Counted from the first letter of the stretch, positions 1 to 8,117 are shown. The stretch: DNA of 26,616 bases from an uncultured bacterium (GCA_966677695.1 CBKWTF010000001.1:1-26616); one strand, 5' to 3'. Made by a program: numbers and translations. Notes: a model not told the origin generated them from the sequence alone.

Positions 1-3000
1 GTGGCAGGAACCGCGCGCATCACCGGCGCTTCGGTCTTTGACTCGACACTTTCCGCGTCGGGTGCGGTGACGTTCTCCTCATCGCTCGGAGTGACCGGAC
101 ACGCGACCCTTGCAACGGCATCATCCACCAGCCTCACCGTTTCCGGAAACTCATATCTCGGCACGGTGCAGAGCGGAACGTGGAACGGAAGTACGATCTC
201 CTCGACGTATCTGGACAGCTCGCTTATTCTCTCGAGCGAGATTGATTCCTCGTCGGAGTTGGCGGGAATAGTGAGCAATGAGACGGGATCGGGATCTCTC
301 GTCTTCGGAACATCTCCGACCTTTACCACGAACGCGAACTTCTTCGGCGACACGATTTCTGACTTCACCGGTACGGGACTCGTGCTTTCCGGATCAACGC
401 TGACGGTCTCGACGTCGTCGCTTGGCATCACGAGCTCGCAGTGGACGACGAGCGGATCAGACGTCTACTACTCTGCAGGTAAGGTGAGCGTAGGAACGAC
501 GACTCCCGCTACGGGTGCGCAGGTGAGCATATACGGAAATTCCTCGATCGGTCTGCATGTAACCAGCGGGTCGGGAAGCGGAAACCTGTATGGTGTCTAT
601 GCGGTGGCACCGTATGCGGCTGAAGGAATTTCGACAGGCGTATATGGCGAGGGTGCCGACGTCGGAATTTCCGGCTACAGTGAGTTCGGCAACGGAGTTT
701 ACGGAGGAAGCGACAACGCGGCTGGAGTTTCTGGTTCTGGACTGTACGGTGTGTCCGGTAGCTCAAACAATGCGTCTGGCCGAGCGGGATATTTCAGTCA
801 GTCGAACGCAAGCGGCTACTCTCTCTATGCCACAGGAGGAATCAATTACATCCAGAACAGTCTCGGAATCGGAACTTCGACGCCCGCAGCAAAGCTGCAC
901 GTGGACGACGCGACGAACAGTACGCTGCGCGTGTCCTCGGGCTCGAGAAGAGTGTCGCTTTCTGCTGTCGCGGCAGATACCAACTACCTGTCATCGGTAG
1001 GTGCGTCGCTGCGCCTTCTCTCTTCTGACAACGACGTACAGGTTTGGTCAAACGGAACCGTACATACGTACTTCAATACATCAGGTCAGCTTCTTCTAGC
1101 GGGGACAAGCACCGCTGCATCGCCGGGAATTTCCACCTATGCATACAACACGTCAGGAATGTTTTTCCCGTCATCTGGCGTACTTGGCTTCTCGACGGCA
1201 TCGACCGAGCGGATGCGCATCGACTCGTCCGGCAACGTCGGAATCGGAACGACAACGCCGTCAAATAAGCTTGCTGTATCAAGCGATGGGCATACCGTTT
1301 TGAGCATAGACACGACCACGACCTCCAACTCAGCACGGCTTTACTTTACGGAGAAAGCCGCAGTAAAAAGTGCCATAATGAGTGCCGGTTCAGCCTTCGC
1401 GACGACCGACCGACAGAATGATCTTGAGCTGTTTTCGTATTCAGGGGATGTATCTTTTTGGCCGGGAGGTGCGCAGGCTGTTACCTTCAAGTCGGGCGGC
1501 AACGTCGGAATCGGAACGACAAGCCCTTCCAGCCTGCTACACGTGGTCGGCAGCGGACAGGTCCTAGCCGGATTCGAAAATTCTTCAACTGGTTCCGCGG
1601 TGGTTGAATTCAAAAATGTCGGGGGTGATTCATGGTCGTTGGGTACTTCTGGAGTTCTCGATTCAAACCCGAGTGTTTTTCATATCAATTACAACAGTAC
1701 AAGTTTTGCAGATTCAGACTTCGTGATTGATACTGCAGGCAACGTCGGAATCGGAACGACGACGCCGTCTGCGAAGCTTGATGTTGACGGTACGCTTATG
1801 GCTTCGGGGGCGGCCACGCTCAATGCCGGCTTGACCGTAAACGGGGGCAATATTTCAATTCCGAATACGGCATATAAGCTTCTCTTCAATAACCAGTCAT
1901 CGATCTGGGGCGGTACAAGCCTTGTGTTTGATGCGCTGGGGGGTTCGCACCAGTTCCGGAACAACTCGACGGAACTGATGAGGCTCACTTCGGCCGGCAA
2001 TCTCGGAATCGGAACGACAACTCCGGGATATGGGCTTACCGTAGCAGGAGACGCAAGCATAACAGGCGCGCTGCGCTTCGGCGGGAATGCGGGCACAAGC
2101 GGGTACATTCTCCAGACCACCGGCTCAAGTGCCCAGTGGGTCGCCACGTCGACGCTCGGCATCACGAGCTCGCAGTGGACGACGAGCGGTTCGAATATCT
2201 ATTACAATACTTCCGGAAACGTAGGCGTCGGAACAAGCTCTCCGGATGCGAAGCTTGCGGTATACGGCACGAGCGGTCTCGGAGGAACAGCGTTTCTGGT
2301 GAAGGGTGCTACTGGAATAGGGATATTCAACGGCACCGCCGGAGAAGGAAACGGCATCCTGATGACTGCAGGTAACGGAGGCGATTCAATTATGGGTACT
2401 GGCGGTGACGGAGGAAGCATCGTGCTCAATCCTGGGGCTGCGGGCGCGGGAGGGTCTGCGGACGGCTCAGACGGCAACATTATTCTCGCCAACCTTCAGG
2501 GAAGCGTCGGTATCGGCACGACTACGCCTGCGGACAAGCTGGTTGTTGCCGGCGACATCAACCTAACGGGCGCACTCAAGTTCTCAGGATCCGCGGGCAC
2601 ATCGGGCCAGATCCTTCAGACTACGGGGACTACGGCACAGTGGGTCGCCACGTCGACGCTCGGATTCGTCGGGGCAAACAATGACTACGGTACACAGGGA
2701 AGCGTAGTATTTCTTGGCGCAAACGGTGCGTTGACCGAAAACAATACGAACTTCTTCTGGGATAACTCTTCGCAAATTTTTAGGATTGGATCGACAGGGA
2801 CATCATCTCAACTTCGCGTGATAAGCAACGGAGGAATTGGAAGTCAGATATTTGACATGACCAACAACGTCGATGCAAACATTCAGGTTCGAGTGACGGC
2901 CTCGGGCGCGGGGGACAAGTACGGTATGATCACCTCGACCACGGGAACCGATATCGTTATTGGTCCAAACACGACTGAAAGAATGCGAATCACCAATGGT

Positions 3001-6000
3001 GGAAACGTCGGAATAGGTACGGATGCTCCGGGAAAGCTCCTAGACGTAAACGGAGACGTGAGGATCCGGGGCGACAACGCGACCCTTAACTTCTACCGGT
3101 CATCGTCGCCGACCGACATCGCGTATCTGCAGTATGACAATGCGAGCTCGACTTTCAATATTGCGGCGAACAACAAGAGCATCCGCTTCCTGAACGGAAT
3201 CGGGTTCACGGAGACCCTCGAGATCGACAGTGAGGGAAAGTTCGGTCTTAACCTGGATGCAACATCGTTAGGTGTGATGTTCGGATCGAAGGCGAACAGC
3301 GACGCTCGAATGGCCGGCTTGTTCAGGGCCAACAGCGCTACGCAGTCCGCCTCGATATTCGGGGTCCAGAACCATGACGGGTCGTCAAGTTACCTGACCG
3401 TTGATGCTGATGGAGATGTCGGTGTCGGCACGTCTACTCCGGACGTCAGGTTCCAGGTGTCTGGTGGCAGCATCAAGCTGGACAATAACCAGAAGCTCGT
3501 CTGGAGGAATGCTGCGGGAAGTGCGAACCAGAACGTCCTGCATCTGGATAGCGCAGACAACACCGTCCTTACGTCCGGAACCGGTGCCGTCGCCCTGTAT
3601 GACGGATCTGCGGCTCACCGGCTGGACGTGTATAACGGCACAACGGTAGCGAACCGTATCAACTCAAACGGAGCCTCCTATATCAACGGAGGAGACTTTG
3701 TTGTCGGAGGAACCTCAAGCCTCGGGCGCTTTACGGTATACGGTACGTCGACGTCCCAGATAAGCCAGGTCATTCGAATGGCAACAAGCCAGACCGCGGA
3801 TTCGTTTGTTGTCGAGGATTCCGCGGGTAACGACCTGCTCCGACACTGGACCGCATCCGGACTCGGTTCCGTGCTCAGGGTCATGTCCACCTCGACCAAG
3901 TACTTCCAGATGGAGTCATATGCTGCTGACAATAACTATTTCTCCGCGGCAGGCGCACCGTTTACCATCAGAACAAGCGGCGGTTCTTACAACCTGAACT
4001 TCTTTACGAATACGACAGACCAGCGCATGGCGATATCAGCATCGACCGGACACGTAATTGTCGGTTCGACCGCGACAAACGGAAATGCGCGAGTGCATTC
4101 CATCTGGAACGGTGGTCCGCAGCTGAGGTTGGGCGTCGACACATCAAATACCGCATACATGGACGCGACTGTCGGGTCGACGGGCGTCGCTACGTTTGAC
4201 GCGTCTGGAAGCGCTGCGGCATTCTCATTCAGTGACAACGTCGGGATCGGTACTACCAGTCCGTCCGCCAGGCTTGCCGTCACCGGCGCGTCCGGCTCGA
4301 CGGACAATGTTTTCGTCATAGCGTCATCGACGAACGCCATTCTGGCCTCGGTTTCGCCTGTCGGTATGATTACTGCCAACCAGAGTAACCTGGCTGTGAA
4401 AATCGGAGGTTTGCCGGGCTCCGAAGGCTCGTATTCAGGCGTATGGCTCGGCGGAGGAACGCCGTCCGCATCGAACTATGCCTTCCTGGGATCAACCCAG
4501 CAGACGTTCTTCAATGCACCCAATGCAGGAATTGCAGACATAGAGTTCAGGATCGGAAACACTACGGAATTCACCGTAGGTGCTAACGGTGCAGCCGTGG
4601 GCTTGTCAGGGAACACGGCCCCGACGTATCCGTTCCAGGTCAAGACCGCATCCAGCGACTTCATAGTAAATTCCTCGGGAAACGTTGGAATCGGAACGAC
4701 GACGCCGAGCGAGATGCTTACCGTAGCGGGCAACATCAACCTGACCGGGGCACTCAAGACCAATGGTAACGCCGGCACTTCGGGCTACCTGCTCCAGACT
4801 ACCGGCACCGGCGTGCAGTGGGTCGCCACGTCGACGCTCGGCATCGGAGGGGGTGGATCGAGTCAGTGGACGACGAGCGGAAGCGACATCTACTACAATG
4901 ATGGCGCTGCTTCGGTTGGAACAACGACTCCGTTTGCAAACTCGAAACTGACCGTTAGAAGTTCCACGTCCGGAACTTCGGACGCATATGCGGTTCGCGG
5001 ATATTCGTACCTCAGTGACGGAAGCTTTAGCGCCAGTTCCTACGGAGGATATTTCGTGGCTTCAGGTGCGGACCATGACCTGAGCGTGGGAGTGTACGGA
5101 CAGGGAGACTGGACTTCGAACTATGCATATGGAGTGTGGGGTAATTCGACGGCAGTTGGAGTATACGGATCGGGAGATGAAATAGGAGTTCAGGGAACCG
5201 GACTTACCGGAGTGTACGGAACGTCCAACAGCGCTTCGGGGAAAGCGGGGCACTTCAGTCAGTCAAACGCTGCCGGATATTCGCTGTATGCGTCAGGAGG
5301 AGTCAACTATATCCAGAACAATCTCGGTTTGGGAGTCACGTCTGCCAGCGCTCGGCTGCACGCCGTCTCGACTACGGAACAGTTGCGCGTCGGATACGAT
5401 ACGTCAAACTATCTAGCTATTACGGTTGCGTCGGATGGAAACGTGAACTTCACTGCCGTCGGTACTGATCCAGAATACGCGTTCATGAACAATATTGGTA
5501 TCAATACCGCATCGCCCGCAACGGAGCTCGATATCTACGGCTCAAACGGGGGTGCAGCAAACATATATCTGACGCGAAACGACTCAACAACCGTTACCGA
5601 TGACGAGTTGGGCGGAATCGCGTTCGGATCATCTGACGGACCGAGCCCGAATGCTGCAGCGATTAATGCGTACGCTTCGGAAAACTATTCATCCTCGAAC
5701 GCGGGATCGTACCTCGTGTTCCGTACCAGTCAGACCGGTGGAGACACCATCAGCGAGCGCATGAGGATTACTGATGCTGGAAGCGTCGGAATCGGAACGA
5801 CTTCTCCTCAGCGAAGGCTCCACGTGCGAACGACAGCAGACGAGGCGCCGGTTCGGTTCGAGGACTCAAGCGGATACTGTGAGATTAACCCTATATCAAC
5901 AACCTGGTCGTGTACGTCTGACGAGCGGCTAAAGGATAACATCCGGGACCTTGCATCGGTACAAATCGGATCAAGTACGGACGAGACCATTCTCGAGCGG

Positions 6001-7002
6001 GTGTCGAACCTTCGACCAGTAGCCTTTACCTGGAGAAGCGACGATGACCAGGTCGACCGAACAGGACTTATCGCACAGGAGGTCGAGAAGATTTTCCCTG
6101 ATCTTGTGAATACTGACGAGCGAGGATACAAGTCCGTATCATACGGAGGATTTACCGTGTACCTTATCGGCGCCCTGAAGGAACTGGTTGCTCGGCTGGA
6201 GAATGTTGAGAACGCGATTGCCAGCCTTTCGGGCGGCATGGTCTCAAACGTTCAGGCCGGGGTAGCGGGCATCTTCTCTCGTTTGACCGTGGGTTCTGCG
6301 GAAAAACCGACAGGAATCACGCTGTATGACGAAGAGACCGGAGAGCCGTACTGTCTCAAGGTCCGAAACGGGGAGACAACCACGACGCCGGGAGAGTGTA
6401 CAGTCGCTGACCTGACACCTGACAATACGCCGGTGCCACCGGTACAGACTGATCCTGGAACCACTACGCCTGACACGAACGGAGGAACAGGTGACGGAGG
6501 CGGGCAGCCGGCCGGAGATCAGGGAACGGCCGGTGACGCTGCAGGAGACGGGTCTGGTTCAGGAGACGACGCTTCGGCAGGAACCTCGGGCGGGGGAACG
6601 ACCGGAGACGGCTCGACCGGAGACGATGCTGGCTCATCGTCCGGAGGGGGAGCGGGATCAGGAACGACGGGTACGGGAACCGGTGATGCGACCGGAACAG
6701 GGGGCGGCACGACATCCGGCACGGGTAACGCTGCAGGAAGCGATCCTACTTCAGGAAGCGGGTCTTCGACGGGAACTTCAGCCGCAGGAACGGCCGGAAG
6801 CGGCGTCTCTCAGTCCGGAACCTCTGGGGACGGATCGACCGGAGGCGATGCTGGCTCATCGTCCGGAGAGGGAGCGGGGGACGGTTCGGGCGCTTCGACC
6901 GGGTCGGCCTCGGGCAGTGACGGAGGGGGATCTGGCGGAGATGCTGGCAGCTCCGGTTCGGGAACGTCGGGAGACTCTTCGGGCTCAGTAGGAGGGGTAT
7001 AG
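1..7002 (+). CDS. Giant phage-tail-fibre-like surface adhesin (5'-truncated, >=2333 aa) with G[IV]GT shaft repeats and a peptidase S74 intramolecular chaperone
   Basis: The ORF is open from base 1 to TAG at 7000-7002 and the first residues are already repeat-like, so the true start lies upstream. It has 12 xG[IV]GT motifs (e.g. GNVGIGTTTPS at 1231, 1738, 4678), GVYG-rich segments, QWVATSTLG linkers, and SDERLK...GLIAQEVEKIFPDLV...coiled coil near the C-terminus. Confidence 0.88.
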   Translation: MAGTARITGASVFDSTLSASGAVTFSSSLGVTGHATLATASSTSLTVSGNSYLGTVQSGTWNGSTISSTYLDSSLILSSEIDSSSELAGIVSNETGSGSLVFGTSPTFTTNANFFGDTISDFTGTGLVLSGSTLTVSTSSLGITSSQWTTSGSDVYYSAGKVSVGTTTPATGAQVSIYGNSSIGLHVTSGSGSGNLYGVYAVAPYAAEGISTGVYGEGADVGISGYSEFGNGVYGGSDNAAGVSGSGLYGVSGSSNNASGRAGYFSQSNASGYSLYATGGINYIQNSLGIGTSTPAAKLHVDDATNSTLRVSSGSRRVSLSAVAADTNYLSSVGASLRLLSSDNDVQVWSNGTVHTYFNTSGQLLLAGTSTAASPGISTYAYNTSGMFFPSSGVLGFSTASTERMRIDSSGNVGIGTTTPSNKLAVSSDGHTVLSIDTTTTSNSARLYFTEKAAVKSAIMSAGSAFATTDRQNDLELFSYSGDVSFWPGGAQAVTFKSGGNVGIGTTSPSSLLHVVGSGQVLAGFENSSTGSAVVEFKNVGGDSWSLGTSGVLDSNPSVFHINYNSTSFADSDFVIDTAGNVGIGTTTPSAKLDVDGTLMASGAATLNAGLTVNGGNISIPNTAYKLLFNNQSSIWGGTSLVFDALGGSHQFRNNSTELMRLTSAGNLGIGTTTPGYGLTVAGDASITGALRFGGNAGTSGYILQTTGSSAQWVATSTLGITSSQWTTSGSNIYYNTSGNVGVGTSSPDAKLAVYGTSGLGGTAFLVKGATGIGIFNGTAGEGNGILMTAGNGGDSIMGTGGDGGSIVLNPGAAGAGGSADGSDGNIILANLQGSVGIGTTTPADKLVVAGDINLTGALKFSGSAGTSGQILQTTGTTAQWVATSTLGFVGANNDYGTQGSVVFLGANGALTENNTNFFWDNSSQIFRIGSTGTSSQLRVISNGGIGSQIFDMTNNVDANIQVRVTASGAGDKYGMITSTTGTDIVIGPNTTERMRITNGGNVGIGTDAPGKLLDVNGDVRIRGDNATLNFYRSSSPTDIAYLQYDNASSTFNIAANNKSIRFLNGIGFTETLEIDSEGKFGLNLDATSLGVMFGSKANSDARMAGLFRANSATQSASIFGVQNHDGSSSYLTVDADGDVGVGTSTPDVRFQVSGGSIKLDNNQKLVWRNAAGSANQNVLHLDSADNTVLTSGTGAVALYDGSAAHRLDVYNGTTVANRINSNGASYINGGDFVVGGTSSLGRFTVYGTSTSQISQVIRMATSQTADSFVVEDSAGNDLLRHWTASGLGSVLRVMSTSTKYFQMESYAADNNYFSAAGAPFTIRTSGGSYNLNFFTNTTDQRMAISASTGHVIVGSTATNGNARVHSIWNGGPQLRLGVDTSNTAYMDATVGSTGVATFDASGSAAAFSFSDNVGIGTTSPSARLAVTGASGSTDNVFVIASSTNAILASVSPVGMITANQSNLAVKIGGLPGSEGSYSGVWLGGGTPSASNYAFLGSTQQTFFNAPNAGIADIEFRIGNTTEFTVGANGAAVGLSGNTAPTYPFQVKTASSDFIVNSSGNVGIGTTTPSEMLTVAGNINLTGALKTNGNAGTSGYLLQTTGTGVQWVATSTLGIGGGGSSQWTTSGSDIYYNDGAASVGTTTPFANSKLTVRSSTSGTSDAYAVRGYSYLSDGSFSASSYGGYFVASGADHDLSVGVYGQGDWTSNYAYGVWGNSTAVGVYGSGDEIGVQGTGLTGVYGTSNSASGKAGHFSQSNAAGYSLYASGGVNYIQNNLGLGVTSASARLHAVSTTEQLRVGYDTSNYLAITVASDGNVNFTAVGTDPEYAFMNNIGINTASPATELDIYGSNGGAANIYLTRNDSTTVTDDELGGIAFGSSDGPSPNAAAINAYASENYSSSNAGSYLVFRTSQTGGDTISERMRITDAGSVGIGTTSPQRRLHVRTTADEAPVRFEDSSGYCEINPISTTWSCTSDERLKDNIRDLASVQIGSSTDETILERVSNLRPVAFTWRSDDDQVDRTGLIAQEVEKIFPDLVNTDERGYKSVSYGGFTVYLIGALKELVARLENVENAIASLSGGMVSNVQAGVAGIFSRLTVGSAEKPTGITLYDEETGEPYCLKVRNGETTTTPGECTVADLTPDNTPVPPVQTDPGTTTPDTNGGTGDGGGQPAGDQGTAGDAAGDGSGSGDDASAGTSGGGTTGDGSTGDDAGSSSGGGAGSGTTGTGTGDATGTGGGTTSGTGNAAGSDPTSGSGSSTGTSAAGTAGSGVSQSGTSGDGSTGGDAGSSSGEGAGDGSGASTGSASGSDGGGSGGDAGSSGSGTSGDSSGSVGGV
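1231..1760 (+). repeat. Three identical 23-nt boxes GGCAACGTCGGAATCGGAACGAC (1231, 1498, 1738) encoding GNVGIGT, with near-copies at 1996, 4678 and 5779
   Basis: Direct sequence comparison; identity includes third codon positions. Confidence 0.93.
2134..4841 (+). repeat. Three identical 26-nt boxes CAGTGGGTCGCCACGTCGACGCTCGG (2134-2159, 2638-2663, 4816-4841) encoding QWVATSTLG
   Basis: Direct sequence comparison. Each copy ends a ~42-aa module L[TV]VAG[DN]xx[IL]TGAL[RK]xxGxAGTSGxxLQTTGxxxQWVATSTLG. Confidence 0.95.
5917..6228 (+). other. Peptidase S74 / intramolecular chaperone autoprocessing domain
   Basis: TWSCT-SDERLKDNI...LRPVAFTW...TGLIAQEVEKIFPDLV...YKSVSY...LIGALKELVARLENVE: the S-D-x-R-x-K cleavage motif, the GxIAQEV motif and a terminal coiled coil typical of the family. 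Confidence 0.9.
6481..6999 (+). repeat. Low-complexity Gly/Ser/Thr/Asp C-terminal tail with an internal 50-nt duplication (6607-6656 vs 6829-6878, 47/50 identical)
   Basis: The translation is dominated by G, S, T, D and A; DGSTG[DG]DAGSSSG[GE]GAG occurs twice. Confidence 0.9.
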
Positions 7003-7008
7003 CCCGGA

Positions 7009-7028
7009 CTATACATATATATGTATAG
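7009..7028. promoter_or_regulatory. Perfect 20-bp AT-rich palindrome CTATACATATATATGTATAG (possible operator or weak hairpin)
   Basis: Self-reverse-complementary; 6 bp after the fibre stop codon and ~37 bp upstream of the proposed rpsL -35. Function is inferred. Confidence 0.45.
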
Positions 7029-7065
7029 CATAGGGGATAGGCACATTCTGAAATCCGGTCGGCAC

Positions 7066-7094
7066 TTGCAAAAAATCCCTATTTGTATTACAGT
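7066..7094 (+). promoter_or_regulatory. Putative sigma70 promoter for rpsL-rpsG
   Basis: TTGCAA (7066-7071), 17 bp, TACAGT (7089-7094), 25 bp before the rpsL ATG. Confidence 0.5.
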
Positions 7095-7119
7095 AGCACT
7101 CACAACACCCATATTAGAT

Positions 7120-7536
7120 ATGCCAACAGTAAATCAGCTCGTAAAGCGAAATCGAAAGAAGACAGTCCGCAAGTCAAAGGCGGTTGCCCTTACTCGTGGA
7201 TTCAATACTCTTAAGAACCGACCATCTTTTTACAAGTCTCCGTTCAAGCGAGGCGTATGTACCAAGGTGACCACCAAGACACCTAAGAAGCCTAACTCAG
7301 CAATCCGAAAGATTGCCCGAGTACGACTTTCAAACGGATTTGAGGTTACTGCCTACATTCCAGGAATGGGACACAACCTGCAGGAGCACTCGATGGTGCT
7401 TCTACGAGGAGGACGAGTAAAGGACGTAGGAATCCGATACACCGTCGTTCGAGGTATGCTTGACTCTGAGGGAGTGCAGAAGCGAATGAAGGGACGATCT
7501 CGATACGGAGCTAAGCGACCTAAGGCAGCTAAATAA
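7120..7536 (+). CDS. rpsL: 30S ribosomal protein S12 (138 aa)
   Basis: MPTVNQLV...[45 protein letters not shown]...RGGRVKD...SRYGAKRPK. The true start is ATG 7120, inside the track ORF 7021-7536. Confidence 0.99.
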   Translation: MPTVNQLVKRNRKKTVRKSKAVALTRGFNTLKNRPSFYKSPFKRGVCTKVTTKTPKKPNSAIRKIARVRLSNGFEVTAYIPGMGHNLQEHSMVLLRGGRVKDVGIRYTVVRGMLDSEGVQKRMKGRSRYGAKRPKAAK

Positions 7537-7567
7537 GCCATACAGTAACTAACTTTTATTACATACC

Positions 7568-8038
7568 ATGCGAAGACCAGTAAAAAACCGAAATATTCCA
7601 AAGCCTGACACCAAGTACGGTTCCGAGAAGGTGGCCAAGTTCATCAACCACATCATGGAGCGAGGAAAGAAGGACATCGCCCGAAAGATCGTGTACCAGG
7701 CGTTTGAGGAAATCAAGGCCAAGGCGCAGGTAGAGAATCCGCTAGAGATTTTCGATGCAGCCCTTAAGAATGCCGCTCCGGTGATGGAGGTTCGATCACG
7801 ACGAGTGGGAGGAGCGAACTACCAGGTTCCTCGAGAGGTTCGACCAGAGCGACGAAACTTCCTTGCCATGACCTGGATGATCCAGGCTGCGCAGGCAAAA
7901 TCAGGAACTCCTATGTACAAGCGACTTGCCGAGGAGCTGATGCTCGCAAGCAAGAACGAGGGTTCTGCAGTAAAGAAGAAGGAGGATACGCACCGAATGG
8001 CCGAGGCCAACAAGGCGTTTGCGCACTTCGCGTGGTAA
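7568..8038 (+). CDS. rpsG: 30S ribosomal protein S7 (156 aa)
   Basis: PD.KYGS..VAKFIN.IM..GKK..A..IVY...EVRSRRVGGANYQVP.EV...RR...A..W...KKKEDTHRMAEANKAFAHFAW. Confidence 0.99.
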   Translation: MRRPVKNRNIPKPDTKYGSEKVAKFINHIMERGKKDIARKIVYQAFEEIKAKAQVENPLEIFDAALKNAAPVMEVRSRRVGGANYQVPREVRPERRNFLAMTWMIQAAQAKSGTPMYKRLAEELMLASKNEGSAVKKKEDTHRMAEANKAFAHFAW

Positions 8039-8053
8039 TACTCTCATCCCAAT

Positions 8054-8087
8054 AAGAAAAGGCGCGCCGTACGGCGCGCCTTTTCTT
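8054..8087. terminator. Perfect 34-bp palindrome, probable bidirectional intrinsic terminator after rpsG
   Basis: AAGAAAAGGCGCGCCGTACGGCGCGCCTTTTCTT is self-complementary, has a GC-rich stem, is followed by a T-rich tract and lies 15 bp after the rpsG stop. Confidence 0.8.
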
Positions 8088-8117
8088 TATATCTACTTGA
8101 TTTAGGGCTGAATCGGC

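Noticed and set aside
509-6722. Numerous antisense and alternate-frame ORFs inside the fibre gene (e.g. 1689-2165, 3987-4379, 5808-6239)
   Set aside because: They are mirror-frame shadows of a GC-rich, Ser/Thr/Gly-biased gene, have no recognisable motifs and fully overlap a well-supported CDS.
6607-6878. 50-nt repeat pair with all three mismatches involving adenine, as a possible DGR template/variable pair
   Set aside because: The adenines are split between the two copies rather than confined to one template, both copies are in-frame in a low-complexity tail, and no reverse transcriptase is present.
1-7002. Prophage interpretation of the tail-fibre-like gene
   Set aside because: No capsid, terminase, baseplate, integrase or att-like features in the window; the gene directly abuts core ribosomal genes and has host-like composition. 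The region upstream of the window is unseen.
7021-7119. 33-aa N-terminal extension of S12 implied by the ORF track
   Set aside because: Homology begins at MPTVNQ (7120); the extension overlaps promoter-like and palindromic intergenic DNA.
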